64,000 bases of DNA, taken from an uncultured bacterium (GTDB lineage: Bacteria > Cyanobacteriota > Vampirovibrionia > Gastranaerophilales > Gastranaerophilaceae). The translations under genes were made by a program, and so were the position numbers. Each line of letters opens with the position of its first letter. The first letter of the stretch is position 1. The notes beneath the pieces are model-generated. The model was given only the letters and a program-made list of their open reading frames with translations. It searched no databases and was not told the DNA's origin. The stretch is taken from assembly GCA_902788575.1 (NCBI GenBank), contig CADAKY010000007.1, forward strand, positions 2,743-66,742, in the 5' to 3' direction. Positions 36,976 through 47,122 of this stretch are shown piece after piece.

Positions 36976-38404
36976 CCTGACTCCTCATTGTACGGTATTT
37001 CATATATTTTGAAGAACTCATAAGACCGCTATGGCGAAATTCATATTCTCTTAAATCCATAATATCTTTTGAGCTGAATGCAAGGTTAGGGTCATGGTAC
37101 GGTATTCCTGCTTTAGTATTACATAATCCGACTTCATAATTGTTTAATGGAAAGTCTATCTTTGTTTTATCTTTTGAGGCTATTGTTCCGATAAACTTTT
37201 TTGTCTTTTCGTTATAAATTTTACCAACATAAAATTTATTTTCTAATAAAGTATTCCTTATTTGCGCTGAGTTTGAATAAGTTAATAACACACCATCATC
37301 TTTAAGTCTTTTATACAATTCTGCGATAAATTCCACTGACCATAATTGAGGTGCCTTAGTGTATGTAAAAGCATCTAAAAATATGCAGTCATATTGCTTG
37401 TTTATTTGCAGAATACTCTTTCGAGCGTCTTTCAGGTAAAAACTCACGTTAAATAGGCTCTCAGCAGCCTTAAAATCGACGTTTTTATATCGTTTCGATA
37501 AATATAGATAATATATATTATGTAAGAAGGTTGATAAAATGTTCTGAGATAACTTATTATACCCCCAAAATTGATTAAATTTGGCATATTTTATTAGGGA
37601 TTTCGAAAAAAATCTCTTTGTCCACCTTTCTCTTAAAATTTTTTTAAGATCTTTATTAACATAATCTCTTCCGTAAATTTCTGATATGCGATTTATGAGT
37701 ATATAATTTACTATAGGATTTACTTTATACTCTTTATCAATATGCATGTTTTTAAATTTTAATTCTAAAAGTTCGGTTATACGTTTTTTATTTTTTGGTG
37801 AAAACACTGATACTATATTTACAAATATATCCTGAAGCTTATAATACCATTTAAAACAATCAAAAACTGACGGCATTACATAACAATAATATTCTGCCGG
37901 AGTTTTTATTGTTTTAAACAAAGGAGATAACTTAACAAGTTCTTCATTAATGTCTAAACAATCTATATTAACAATCGGAAAATTATTTTTATCATGATTA
38001 ATATCTTTTTTATTTTGCTTAGATATTTTTTTATCATCATATATCGTATCGTTATATCGTGATAAACATTTTTCTTTTGTTGAGTTGTTATCATTATCTA
38101 TCGTATCGATATTTAATAATTTATCAAATAATTTTTGTAAAATATTTTTTTTATAAATTTTATTTTTATTTTTTTCAATTACAAAAGTCATTAATGCTTT
38201 TGTGTTATATCCTATTCCATAGCAAATATCAAGAACATTAATTTTATTTTGCCTCTTAAGTATTTCATCCGGTTTAGATGGTATAACAAATTTTTCCCAA
38301 GCTTCAGTAAGTGCACCAAACTTGGAATGAAATACATCCTTATCCCCGTAAGAGTAAAGCCCTATAGAGCCGTCCTCTGTATAATATGGCTCATAATCCC
38401 TCAT
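36962..38404 (-). CDS. MnmC/MnmD-type SAM-dependent methyltransferase with large internal insertion
   Basis: TEDGS, FHSKFGALTEA, VLDICYGIGYN, DCIFLDAF....PQLWS.EF, LTYS, GIPYHDP. Confidence 0.8.
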   Translation of the reverse strand: MRDYEPYYTEDGSIGLYSYGDKDVFHSKFGALTEAWEKFVIPSKPDEILKRQNKINVLDICYGIGYNTKALMTFVIEKNKNKIYKKNILQKLFDKLLNIDTIDNDNNSTKEKCLSRYNDTIYDDKKISKQNKKDINHDKNNFPIVNIDCLDINEELVKLSPLFKTIKTPAEYYCYVMPSVFDCFKWYYKLQDIFVNIVSVFSPKNKKRITELLELKFKNMHIDKEYKVNPIVNYILINRISEIYGRDYVNKDLKKILRERWTKRFFSKSLIKYAKFNQFWGYNKLSQNILSTFLHNIYYLYLSKRYKNVDFKAAESLFNVSFYLKDARKSILQINKQYDCIFLDAFTYTKAPQLWSVEFIAELYKRLKDDGVLLTYSNSAQIRNTLLENKFYVGKIYNEKTKKFIGTIASKDKTKIDFPLNNYEVGLCNTKAGIPYHDPNLAFSSKDIMDLREYEFRHSGLMSSSKYMKYRTMRSQDDEI

Positions 38405-38487
38405 AGCCTTATTTTAACAGCATTTAGGGATAAAAGCAAGCAGATAATTTGACTGAAAATTTCCAGCAGGTATAATTATAGAATAGT

Positions 38488-39372
38488 ATGAACGAAGACG
38501 ATAAACTTGGGTTTTCCCATATAATAGAAAAAGAATTAAACTCTAATGATAAGATTTTAAAGCCGGATTGCAACCAAAAATCAGGCAGAGAATTGCTTGC
38601 GTTTTATTTACAATCAAAATTTAAACAGGTGCTGGCTTATGACAATAAAGCTGAAATTCCTATATTTAGAGAAGTTCGATATGATTTTATTCAAAAATTT
38701 TCAAGAAGACTTATTCAAAACCCTAATAAACGAATTATGATAGGTATTACAGGTGAATCCGCTTCAGGAAAGTCTACTATTTGCAACCAAATTCGCAATG
38801 TAATAGAAAAATTTAATATGCCGGTAACAATACTTACTACAGACAATTATTTTAATGATATTTCTTCTCTTATAGAAAAATATGGTTCATTTGATGCGCT
38901 AAGAGACCACGGTTATGATGTTGATTCCCCAAACAGTTTTCAGATGGATATATTACACGAAGATTTAATAAAAATATCGCAGGGTGAAGATATTTATTGC
39001 CCTGAATACCTTTTAAACGGGACAGGTGTTTCCGTTCCGCACGCAAAGTTTGTTCCGTCAAATAAAATTGTTGTAGTTGAAGGTATGGCTTCAATGTATG
39101 GTGATAATAAAGATATCTATGATGTTAAAGTATATGTTGAAACAGATTTGGATATAAGACACGAAAGATTTTTAACACGGGCTTATACAGAGCGTAATCA
39201 GGATTTGGAAAACGCAAAAAAACACTGGGAATATATTATTGGTGCCGGTGAGAAGTATGTAAAGCCTTATAGAGCTGATGCTGATGTAATCTTGAACGGA
39301 GATTCAGATTTGGAATATTTTTCACAGGTGTTGGAATACATTCATACTATTACAAACAATTTTGAGCAATAA
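38488..39372 (+). CDS. Uridine kinase / PRK family P-loop kinase
   Basis: IGITGESASGKST, TDNYF, DSPNSF, VVVEG, ADVI. Confidence 0.8.
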   Translation: MNEDDKLGFSHIIEKELNSNDKILKPDCNQKSGRELLAFYLQSKFKQVLAYDNKAEIPIFREVRYDFIQKFSRRLIQNPNKRIMIGITGESASGKSTICNQIRNVIEKFNMPVTILTTDNYFNDISSLIEKYGSFDALRDHGYDVDSPNSFQMDILHEDLIKISQGEDIYCPEYLLNGTGVSVPHAKFVPSNKIVVVEGMASMYGDNKDIYDVKVYVETDLDIRHERFLTRAYTERNQDLENAKKHWEYIIGAGEKYVKPYRADADVILNGDSDLEYFSQVLEYIHTITNNFEQ

Positions 39373-39401
39373 AAAAGACGGATATTTACCCGTCTTTTTT
39401 A
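39370..39401. terminator. Bidirectional intrinsic terminator
   Basis: TAAAAAAGACGG-atatttac-CCGTCTTTTTTA. Confidence 0.85.
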
Positions 39402-39417
39402 GTTGTAAGAATAAGAT

Positions 39418-40209
39418 TTATGCTTCATCTTTTTTTGCTGCTGCACCAATTACTAAACCTGCTAATGCTAATGCAGCACCGGCGGCAATACCGGTCCAAG
39501 TCTTACTCGGGAGTTTAAATTTATCTGCACTTTCTTTTAATGCTTCTTTTGCTTGATTAACAATTTCATTTATAGAATCTTTTTTATCACTTAATTGTTT
39601 TAATAAATTTTTACCTTTTAAGATATTTTGACCTTTATTAATATTGTTAAAACCTTCTTTTTCCAATTCAGCTTTAATATTTATATAATTTTTTGCTGCA
39701 TCACTATTTGAAATATTTTCAATTGCTTTCTTAGTAAGCTCTTCAATTTTTTTACTAACATCATATGAAGCATTCACCCTATCCATTACAGAAGCATTAT
39801 TATTTTTTACGGCTTCTATTAATTTTTTATAATCAGGATCTGCTTTTTTAAGTTCATAAAGTTCTTTTGCTAATGCTTTTCTATATTCATTAATTTTAGG
39901 AAGAGTATCTTCTAACTTCTTTGACATACTTTCATATTCAGTATTTTTATCTTGGATCTTTGTTGCCCACTCTTTTGCTGTTTCCCACGCTGTTTTAATT
40001 TCCCCTTCTGTATTTTTAATTTTTTTATCAAATACATCCGGTTTTTGTGCAAAAACTTTATCCAAATCTGGTTTTGTTTGAATACCAAATCCTTTACTTG
40101 CCGCAAATGCACCTGCTGTACCACCAATAGCACCACCTGCTATCAACCCCGGAACCGCATAATTTCCCTTTTGTTGAGGAACTTGCTGAACTTGCAAATC
40201 TTCTGTCAT
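39418..40209 (-). CDS. Hypothetical Lys-rich coiled-coil protein with Gly/Ala-rich hydrophobic helices at both ends
   Basis: GLIAGGAIGGTAGAF and GIAAGAALALAGLVIGAA; AGGAG RBS. Confidence 0.8.
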   Translation of the reverse strand: MTEDLQVQQVPQQKGNYAVPGLIAGGAIGGTAGAFAASKGFGIQTKPDLDKVFAQKPDVFDKKIKNTEGEIKTAWETAKEWATKIQDKNTEYESMSKKLEDTLPKINEYRKALAKELYELKKADPDYKKLIEAVKNNNASVMDRVNASYDVSKKIEELTKKAIENISNSDAAKNYINIKAELEKEGFNNINKGQNILKGKNLLKQLSDKKDSINEIVNQAKEALKESADKFKLPSKTWTGIAAGAALALAGLVIGAAAKKDEA

Positions 40210-40264
40210 AACTTTTCTCCTATATTTTACAACTACAAATTTTATAAACTAACCGTCTTAATAA

Positions 40265-40293
40265 TATAAACGTATTTGTTTATCAATAATTGC
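40265..40293 (-). promoter_or_regulatory. GCAATT-N15-(CG)TTTATA motif, copy 4
   Basis: Minus strand GCAATT-attgataaacaaata-CGTTTATA, 55 nt upstream of ATG 40209. Confidence 0.55.
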
Positions 40294-40311
40294 CTTTTTT
40301 AAAAAATTATC

Positions 40312-40329
40312 TTTACAAATCTTTACAAA
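40312..40329. promoter_or_regulatory. HLR1-like direct repeat (perfect)
   Basis: TTTACAAA-tc-TTTACAAA between divergent GCAATT and sigma-28 promoters. Confidence 0.65.
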
Positions 40330-40332
40330 AGC

Positions 40333-40359
40333 TAAAGTTTTTTCAAAAAATGCCGTTAA
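40333..40359 (+). promoter_or_regulatory. Sigma-28/FliA-type promoter
   Basis: TAAAGTTT-N11-GCCGTTAA, 31 nt upstream of ATG 40391. Confidence 0.78.
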
Positions 40360-40390
40360 ACATGATACAGCTATTAATATAGGATAATTT

Positions 40391-40570
40391 ATGACTAACA
40401 ACTTTAACTTTGGTCTTTTTGCATCCGGCCGTCAAAGTGCTTACTCACGCGTTTCATTCAAGCCGGAAATAAATAACAAAATTGAGACTAAAAATGAACT
40501 AAATAAAAAGCCGGACATATTAGAATCACCAAGAAGTCAGAGAACCAATAACAAAATTTGGTTTGGTTAA
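40391..40570 (+). CDS. Small hypothetical protein (59 aa), not in the ORF track
   Basis: MTNNFNFGLFASGRQSAYSRVSFKPEINNKIETKNELNKKPDILESPRSQRTNNKIWFG*; AGGA RBS; sigma-28 promoter; fills the gap to the convergent TPR gene exactly. Confidence 0.7.
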   Translation: MTNNFNFGLFASGRQSAYSRVSFKPEINNKIETKNELNKKPDILESPRSQRTNNKIWFG

Positions 40571-42163
40571 TTATGACTCAAACAATTCACTAATTTTGTC
40601 TGCAATATCTTTCGGATCAATTTCCATTGTAATTTTATTAATATCCTGAGCCATTTGATATAGTTTTGCCGCTTCAACTTTATTACCGACAATAGTTACT
40701 GACCTAGCCAGATTGAAATAAGCCAGTGCATAATTAGGATTAGATTCTACAGCTTTTTTAAATAATTCTATAGCTTTATTAACTCTTCCTAAATCGTCAA
40801 GATAAATTACACCCAGATTGTTGTATGCAATATCATAATTATCATTGTATTTGATAGCAAGTTCATAAGATTTCATTGCTTCTTCTGTATCACCTTTGCC
40901 CCAGTACAAGAATCCTAAGTTGCAATGAATCTTCGCATTATGCGGCTGGAATTCCAATGCCTGACGGTATACAGAAAGTGCGTTATTATAATCTTCTTTA
41001 TCATAAAAAGCACTGCCAAGATTAACATAAATATCAATATCTTCCGGTGTAAGTACGTACGCTGTCTGATAAGCGGAAATTGCAGCATCCGGATCAGATT
41101 TGTTTTCCTGATATACAAAACCCATTGTCTGAGCTATTACACTTGTCCATGACGGATTCGGATTAAGTGTTATAGCTGTCTGATAGTTTGATATAGCTAA
41201 ATCAAATTCACCTTTGATATAATAAATATTTGCTAGATTTGAATACAAGTCCGGCAAATTAGGCGCCATGCCGATAAGCTTATTATACACTTCAATTGCC
41301 TGATTATAATCTCCCTGTTCTTCGTATGCCCGACATAGGTGTTTATACGCTGCAACATTGAATGAATCGAGCCAAATTGCCATTTTATATTCTGTTATTG
41401 CTTCTTCAAAATGTCCTGTTGATAAATATATATCTCCAAGCACACAATATAATGCTGTAAACCCAGGAGCTCTATCAGACGCATCTTTATACAACTGAGC
41501 AGCTTTTGAATAATCTTTTAGCTGAATTGCATAGAATCCTTTTATAAAAAGCGGCAAAAATCTCATATATGAAAAGTTTTTAATAATATTTTCCCTCGCA
41601 ATACTGTCAAAAGGAAACAATAATGCCGACAATACTCTTTCTTTAAAAGCTTTCAACTTAGTCTTAATGTTTCTGAATGATGATGCATCATAAAGCTTGT
41701 ACAGCATATAATGCGCACTGGATGAACCAAACGGAGAGCATATTATCGCAGCTTCGGCAGCGTCAATAGCATCCGTAAAATGTGCTTTTTTCACAAAAGT
41801 TTCAGAAAGCATATAATAAGCTTCATAATAATTATTCTTTTTTTCTATGGCTGTTGTAAGATAGTTAATTGCTTTATCCAAATCACCTTTGTGAAAAAAG
41901 GCAACACCAAGTTTATAATAGATTGCATGTGAATCAAGAAGCGACTCCATTGCAAGCTGATATTCAGTAATTGCATCATCAATATACTGACCTGAATTAA
42001 AAATATCCAAATGCCATTTGAGATACAAATCTCCCATTTTAACATGCAATTGGGGATTCGTAGGGTCGTTTTTTAAATCCATACGGCATCTTTCTATCTG
42101 ATTAAACATTTTATTTTTAGTTTTTACTTCCGTATATTCAGTATCATCAACTATTTTCTTCAT
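40571..42163 (-). CDS. Tetratricopeptide repeat protein
   Basis: Many TPR units (LYSNLANIYY.KG, AYNNLGVIY, IYVNLGSAFY); start coupled to the upstream stop (TAATG). Confidence 0.92.
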   Translation of the reverse strand: MKKIVDDTEYTEVKTKNKMFNQIERCRMDLKNDPTNPQLHVKMGDLYLKWHLDIFNSGQYIDDAITEYQLAMESLLDSHAIYYKLGVAFFHKGDLDKAINYLTTAIEKKNNYYEAYYMLSETFVKKAHFTDAIDAAEAAIICSPFGSSSAHYMLYKLYDASSFRNIKTKLKAFKERVLSALLFPFDSIARENIIKNFSYMRFLPLFIKGFYAIQLKDYSKAAQLYKDASDRAPGFTALYCVLGDIYLSTGHFEEAITEYKMAIWLDSFNVAAYKHLCRAYEEQGDYNQAIEVYNKLIGMAPNLPDLYSNLANIYYIKGEFDLAISNYQTAITLNPNPSWTSVIAQTMGFVYQENKSDPDAAISAYQTAYVLTPEDIDIYVNLGSAFYDKEDYNNALSVYRQALEFQPHNAKIHCNLGFLYWGKGDTEEAMKSYELAIKYNDNYDIAYNNLGVIYLDDLGRVNKAIELFKKAVESNPNYALAYFNLARSVTIVGNKVEAAKLYQMAQDINKITMEIDPKDIADKISELFES

Positions 42164-42774
42164 TATTCGTCCCAATCAGTGTCATTTGAATATATATACA
42201 TATAATAAAGCAATGTTTGTCTGTCGTCCTCTGTCATACAAAAATCTGACATTGTGTATTCATTTTCATATATCGGATCAACTTCTGTGAGTGTTGCTTT
42301 AAAATATATTGTACCACAATTATGCGGTAAAATCAGCGCACAATCCAAAAGGTCATTTTGTTCAAATTTTTTGTCACTATAAAATTTTATATATTCCGTT
42401 GCGATTTCAAATGTTTTTGTATTTATACTTTCGTCGCCGTGCTTAATATTTAATGTTTCAACTGCATTAATAACAGGCATGTCTTCTCCTGGCGTAAGCT
42501 TCATTGCATTATAATCCAGTTCGATTTCAAAATTATCTTCTAAAGGAGAAGTTATAACAACAGCATTAAAGTCGAGAGTTCCAACTTTGGAAAAAACTTT
42601 TACTGTCAGACGCTTGGAAACATCAAGAAACTCTATATAACGCATAAAATATTGAGGCAAGTCTATTACAAGTCTATCGTCTTTGATTTCTGCAATAGAA
42701 CAAAGCATCTCTACAAGTTTGTCATCCTTTTGAAAATAAATACTTAACTTTTGACCAACTTTTAAAACATCCAT
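42163..42774 (-). CDS. YcgR/PilZ-like two-beta-barrel protein (degenerate)
   Basis: LKVGQKLSI N-terminus, C-terminal F..MTEDDRQTLL.Y pattern; RxxxR switch absent. Confidence 0.5.
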   Translation of the reverse strand: MDVLKVGQKLSIYFQKDDKLVEMLCSIAEIKDDRLVIDLPQYFMRYIEFLDVSKRLTVKVFSKVGTLDFNAVVITSPLEDNFEIELDYNAMKLTPGEDMPVINAVETLNIKHGDESINTKTFEIATEYIKFYSDKKFEQNDLLDCALILPHNCGTIYFKATLTEVDPIYENEYTMSDFCMTEDDRQTLLYYMYIYSNDTDWDE

Positions 42775-42820
42775 ACTTGTTTTATTATAAAAAATTTTCA
42801 GTCAAAATTCAAGCAAATAT

Positions 42821-45800
42821 TTAATATGGCAATGATTCAACAAAATCAGGAAGCTTTATATTTGACATTGGAACCTCTTTTTGTCTCAGTGATTTTTGAC
42901 TGTATGATATCCAGTTAAATAGTACAACAGAACTTGGTTTTTCAACGGTACCTCTAATTACACTTCTGAATTCTTTTGTATTACGCATAGGAAGCTGCGG
43001 AAGTTTTTCTAAATCATCTGCTTTTATATCCAGCCGTTTATTTTCTTCACCTGTTAGCATTATCATTAATTTATTAAATGAAAAATCGCCAAACGCACCA
43101 AGACCGGAAACCAGCTCATCAGATAATCTTCCAAGAACAACAAGCTTCGCATAATCATTAGTTATATTATATTGCCCTTTTATAAATAAAGACATCAGCG
43201 GTCCTTGTGACTGCAGCATTTTCACATTAGCAATTCCGTCTTTTAACTGTATATCTCCCCTCAAATATTTAAATAATCCCGTATCTTTCAATGTAATTGC
43301 TTTAGTAACAACACTCAAAGAAGTTCTAAGCATGCTATCAGCAATAACATTTTGTGCATACAATAAATGTTCAAGTTTTCCTAATGTGCCCATTCTGCCA
43401 TTGTGAACTATAAATTTTACATTACCGTTTAAAGACTGTTTATTTATAATATTTCCTGTTAAATCAGTATCAAAATCCATTGTACCGCTTACGGTATCTT
43501 TTTTAATTGCAATTACATCAAATATTGGCGCGGCACTTACGCCTCTTCCCTGAATCGTTGATTTAAAACTTTCATCTTTAAGGTTATAGTCCATATGACC
43601 TGCAATTTTTCCGTTAAGCACCTCAGCTGCAACATTTTTTGCACAAACCATATTATTTTTTATACTAAAATCAGCATTTAATGCCGACATAGGTAATGAA
43701 GCATTATATAATGACACATTTGCTTTTTCTGCAAAAAATTTACCTTCTGCTACTCTGTATGGAATTTTATTCAACATAGGGTTATCTTTGTACATTAATA
43801 TTGTATCTGTGTTAAAATACTTTGATTTAACATTAACATTTTTTACTAAAATTTCTTTTGATATATCAGTTGATACCGTTGAATTAAGCGCCATAGAGGT
43901 GTCTGCAATTTTTACGACAGGAGCATTAATAACAACAATATTTTTGTTAAAATCAACTGTCATATTACTTACAGCAAGCTGTAAAAATTGATTTATAAGA
44001 CTCTGTGCAGACAATTGACCGACTATTTCAGGTTGCGTATACTTACCATTAATAAAAACATCTCCTCTTATTTGTGCCAGAGTGTCTTTGACTGCTACAT
44101 TTAACTGCTGCGGAATAAATATACGAACATTTTTAAAGACAGGATTTATTATGTTTTCAAGACTACCTGAAATTATAATTTTTTTTGTTCCTTTTAAATT
44201 TGACTTTAAATTATTAGAAAAAATGCCGTTAAAAGAAGAAACACTTAAATCATCAATTTTTAAAACATCTTTATCCAATTTAGCCGCAAAATTTATTAAT
44301 GCCGGCTCGTCTAAAAAAGTTGCTTTTTCAAGTTGTATTTGTGATTCAATATTCTGAAGTTCTTTATTTCCGGTTATCTTTAATTTTACCGGATAAACTG
44401 CTGCATGTTTTTTAAGAGCGTATACATCTCTTGAATTTACAAAACCATCCAAATTAAAATTAAAAGCAAGATTATTCGTATTGTATGACGATACATCAGC
44501 TTTAAATTTCATTCTTGAATTTGGCATAAAAATATTTGTATCAGGAATTGTTATAATATCATTTGATATATTAAGCTTTACCAGCGGAAGCTTAATAATT
44601 TCTGAAAAAACGGGTTTTATTTGTAAATTATTTATGTATGCGGTATTCTCTTTATTCGTATCCAGTTTTAAACTTGCGATACTAACTTTATTTTTATTAT
44701 TAAAAATTTGTAAATTATCTACCTGAATATTTTCCTTATGAATTATATTATCAAAACTCCCGCTAATATTTGCAACAAGAGAGAGTACACCGCTTTCTAT
44801 ACCTAAAGATGACGGCAGTAAATGCTTTAATTGTACTTTGCTCATCAAAAGTTCTAAATCCAATGTAGAAGACATTTTCCCTTTTAGAAGAATCGGTGCA
44901 TTATTAACATACCCGACAGCATTCTTTATTGAAATTTCATTATTTGAAAAATCAATATCAGAATTAATGTTTTTTATATCAACACCACTTGCCTTTAAAG
45001 AAGCATCAGAAATTTTCAAATATCCATTCGATTTTATTTTTTTCAAATCTCCCTTAAGTGTAAAATCCGCAGTCATAATGCCGTTTACAGTTTCTATAAA
45101 ATTTAATTTGGAAAAATCTGCCAATAATTTTAATTTTTTATGCAAATCACTTAAATTTATTTCATCAGTTTTTACTTTAATATCAATTTCAGGCTTCTTT
45201 GAATTATTTACCATACCTTCGATACAAACTTTTTTGTCTGATGCTGAATATATATTAGATAAAATTCCTATTTTATTTCCTAAGAAAGTCAGATATATAA
45301 AACTTTTTGGAGTTTTATTATCTTTTTCAAGAACTGACATATTGTCAATATTAATCAAACCTGAAATCTGTGTATCACCGCTTATGTTATTATATAATTT
45401 TAAGTCTGCAATAATATCTGAATGAAAATCAAAATCTTCGATTTGTTTTAAATAATTTTTATAATTAAAATCTGCTCCTGTACTTTCCGGAATATCTAAA
45501 TTCGGTAAAATTGATAAATCATAATTTATATATTTATTGTCATCAATAAAAAAGCTTCCTTCAGCATTAACTTTAAAATTTTTAATATTTGCAAGTTTTG
45601 TAAGTGATAAATTGTGACCATCAATTTTATATAACTTTCCATTATCTCTGTAAGAAAAGCTGTATTGCTTTAGAATTAAATCCGGATTTTCTTCAAAATC
45701 TTTAGCTTTAATGCGTTCAACGAGTTTAGGTAAGTATTTATCAGTTGAATTCATTTTTAATATTAAATTGTTAGCATAAATTCTTTTTAATTTAATATCA

Positions 45801-46084
45801 TTTTTAATAACTGCAGACCATGGAATAAAAATTCTGACATTATCAAACTGTCCGAATTTTTGTCCATCTTCATACATCATATGCATTATAGGAGCTTTTA
45901 CTTTCAAAGAAGGACCAAGTCGTAGAATAAGTTTTTCAATATGAATTTTTATTCCCAAATCTTCTTCTACCTGTTTTTCAACAGTCGGAATAAGTTTTGA
46001 TACACTTATCGGTATAAAACAAATTGTTACAAAAACTGCAACCAGTATGAGTGCTGCAATTATATAATTTCTGTACTTTTTCAA
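42821..46084 (-). CDS. AsmA-like / TamB-YhdP type envelope bridge protein
   Basis: N-terminal TM anchor, about 1000 aa of amphipathic beta repeats, AsmA_2-like C-terminus ([20 protein letters not shown]). Confidence 0.75.
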   Translation of the reverse strand: MKKYRNYIIAALILVAVFVTICFIPISVSKLIPTVEKQVEEDLGIKIHIEKLILRLGPSLKVKAPIMHMMYEDGQKFGQFDNVRIFIPWSAVIKNDIKLKRIYANNLILKMNSTDKYLPKLVERIKAKDFEENPDLILKQYSFSYRDNGKLYKIDGHNLSLTKLANIKNFKVNAEGSFFIDDNKYINYDLSILPNLDIPESTGADFNYKNYLKQIEDFDFHSDIIADLKLYNNISGDTQISGLINIDNMSVLEKDNKTPKSFIYLTFLGNKIGILSNIYSASDKKVCIEGMVNNSKKPEIDIKVKTDEINLSDLHKKLKLLADFSKLNFIETVNGIMTADFTLKGDLKKIKSNGYLKISDASLKASGVDIKNINSDIDFSNNEISIKNAVGYVNNAPILLKGKMSSTLDLELLMSKVQLKHLLPSSLGIESGVLSLVANISGSFDNIIHKENIQVDNLQIFNNKNKVSIASLKLDTNKENTAYINNLQIKPVFSEIIKLPLVKLNISNDIITIPDTNIFMPNSRMKFKADVSSYNTNNLAFNFNLDGFVNSRDVYALKKHAAVYPVKLKITGNKELQNIESQIQLEKATFLDEPALINFAAKLDKDVLKIDDLSVSSFNGIFSNNLKSNLKGTKKIIISGSLENIINPVFKNVRIFIPQQLNVAVKDTLAQIRGDVFINGKYTQPEIVGQLSAQSLINQFLQLAVSNMTVDFNKNIVVINAPVVKIADTSMALNSTVSTDISKEILVKNVNVKSKYFNTDTILMYKDNPMLNKIPYRVAEGKFFAEKANVSLYNASLPMSALNADFSIKNNMVCAKNVAAEVLNGKIAGHMDYNLKDESFKSTIQGRGVSAAPIFDVIAIKKDTVSGTMDFDTDLTGNIINKQSLNGNVKFIVHNGRMGTLGKLEHLLYAQNVIADSMLRTSLSVVTKAITLKDTGLFKYLRGDIQLKDGIANVKMLQSQGPLMSLFIKGQYNITNDYAKLVVLGRLSDELVSGLGAFGDFSFNKLMIMLTGEENKRLDIKADDLEKLPQLPMRNTKEFRSVIRGTVEKPSSVVLFNWISYSQKSLRQKEVPMSNIKLPDFVESLPY

Positions 46085-47103
46085 ATTCTCTCTCCGCTTT
46101 CTTTATCAAAGAAATACATGTCTGATACATCCAACTTAATTTTATCACTAAAAGAATAATCCAGCGGAATTTTTGCTGAACATTTACATCCGTTTAATGA
46201 AAAATAAATTATCCTTTCGCCACCGGTCATTTCAACAATTTCCGGATTAATATTAACTTCTGTATGACCTGATATCATTTTTTCTGCTCGTATAGCAGCT
46301 GTGACTTCTCCAGTAATGTTTTTATCAGTATAAAACTCTATACCTTCTATATTAAATTTCCCGTCTTGAATTTTTACATCTATAAAATTCATTTGTCCGA
46401 TAAAACCGGCTACAAACTTATTGGCAGGATTATTATAAATAACCTCAGGAGAGTCCACTTGTTGAATTTTTCCTTTATCAAGTATTACTATTCTATCTCC
46501 CATAGTTAAAGCTTCCGTCTGATCATGCGTTACATATACAAATGTAGTTTGTAATTTTTGATGTAATCTTTTAATTTCAGTCCTCATTTGCACTCTTAAA
46601 TTTGCATCTAAGTTTGAAAGCGGTTCATCCATTAGAAAGACCTTAGGATTTCTTACAATAGCTCTTCCAAGTGCAACTCTCTGTCGTTGTCCGCCTGATA
46701 ATTGACGTGGTTTTCTATCCAATAAATCTTCCAAATTTAATGATTTAGCAACTTCTCTAACTTTTTCATCAATAACTTTTTTATCATATTTTCGCATTTT
46801 TAATCCGAAAGCAATATTTTCATACACACTCATATGCGGATAAAGAGCGTAACTCTGAAACACGAATGCAATATCTCTATCTTTTGGATGAACATTATTA
46901 ACAATTTTGCCATCTATCATTATTTCACCGGATGTAATATCTTCCAAGCCGGAAATAAGCCGTAATATTGTAGATTTCCCGCAACCGGAAGAGCCTACAA
47001 GAACAATAAATTCTTTATCAGCAATTTCCAGATTAATATTATCAATTATATTTTTTTTACCGTCATAACTCTTGATAAGATTCTTTAAAACGACACTACT
47101 CAT
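46081..47103 (-). CDS. Carbohydrate ABC transporter ATP-binding protein (MalK/MsmX/UgpC family)
   Basis: [43 protein letters not shown]. Confidence 0.95.
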   Translation of the reverse strand: MSSVVLKNLIKSYDGKKNIIDNINLEIADKEFIVLVGSSGCGKSTILRLISGLEDITSGEIMIDGKIVNNVHPKDRDIAFVFQSYALYPHMSVYENIAFGLKMRKYDKKVIDEKVREVAKSLNLEDLLDRKPRQLSGGQRQRVALGRAIVRNPKVFLMDEPLSNLDANLRVQMRTEIKRLHQKLQTTFVYVTHDQTEALTMGDRIVILDKGKIQQVDSPEVIYNNPANKFVAGFIGQMNFIDVKIQDGKFNIEGIEFYTDKNITGEVTAAIRAEKMISGHTEVNINPEIVEMTGGERIIYFSLNGCKCSAKIPLDYSFSDKIKLDVSDMYFFDKESGERI

Positions 47104-47122
47104 ACAACTCCCTCATTTTAAA

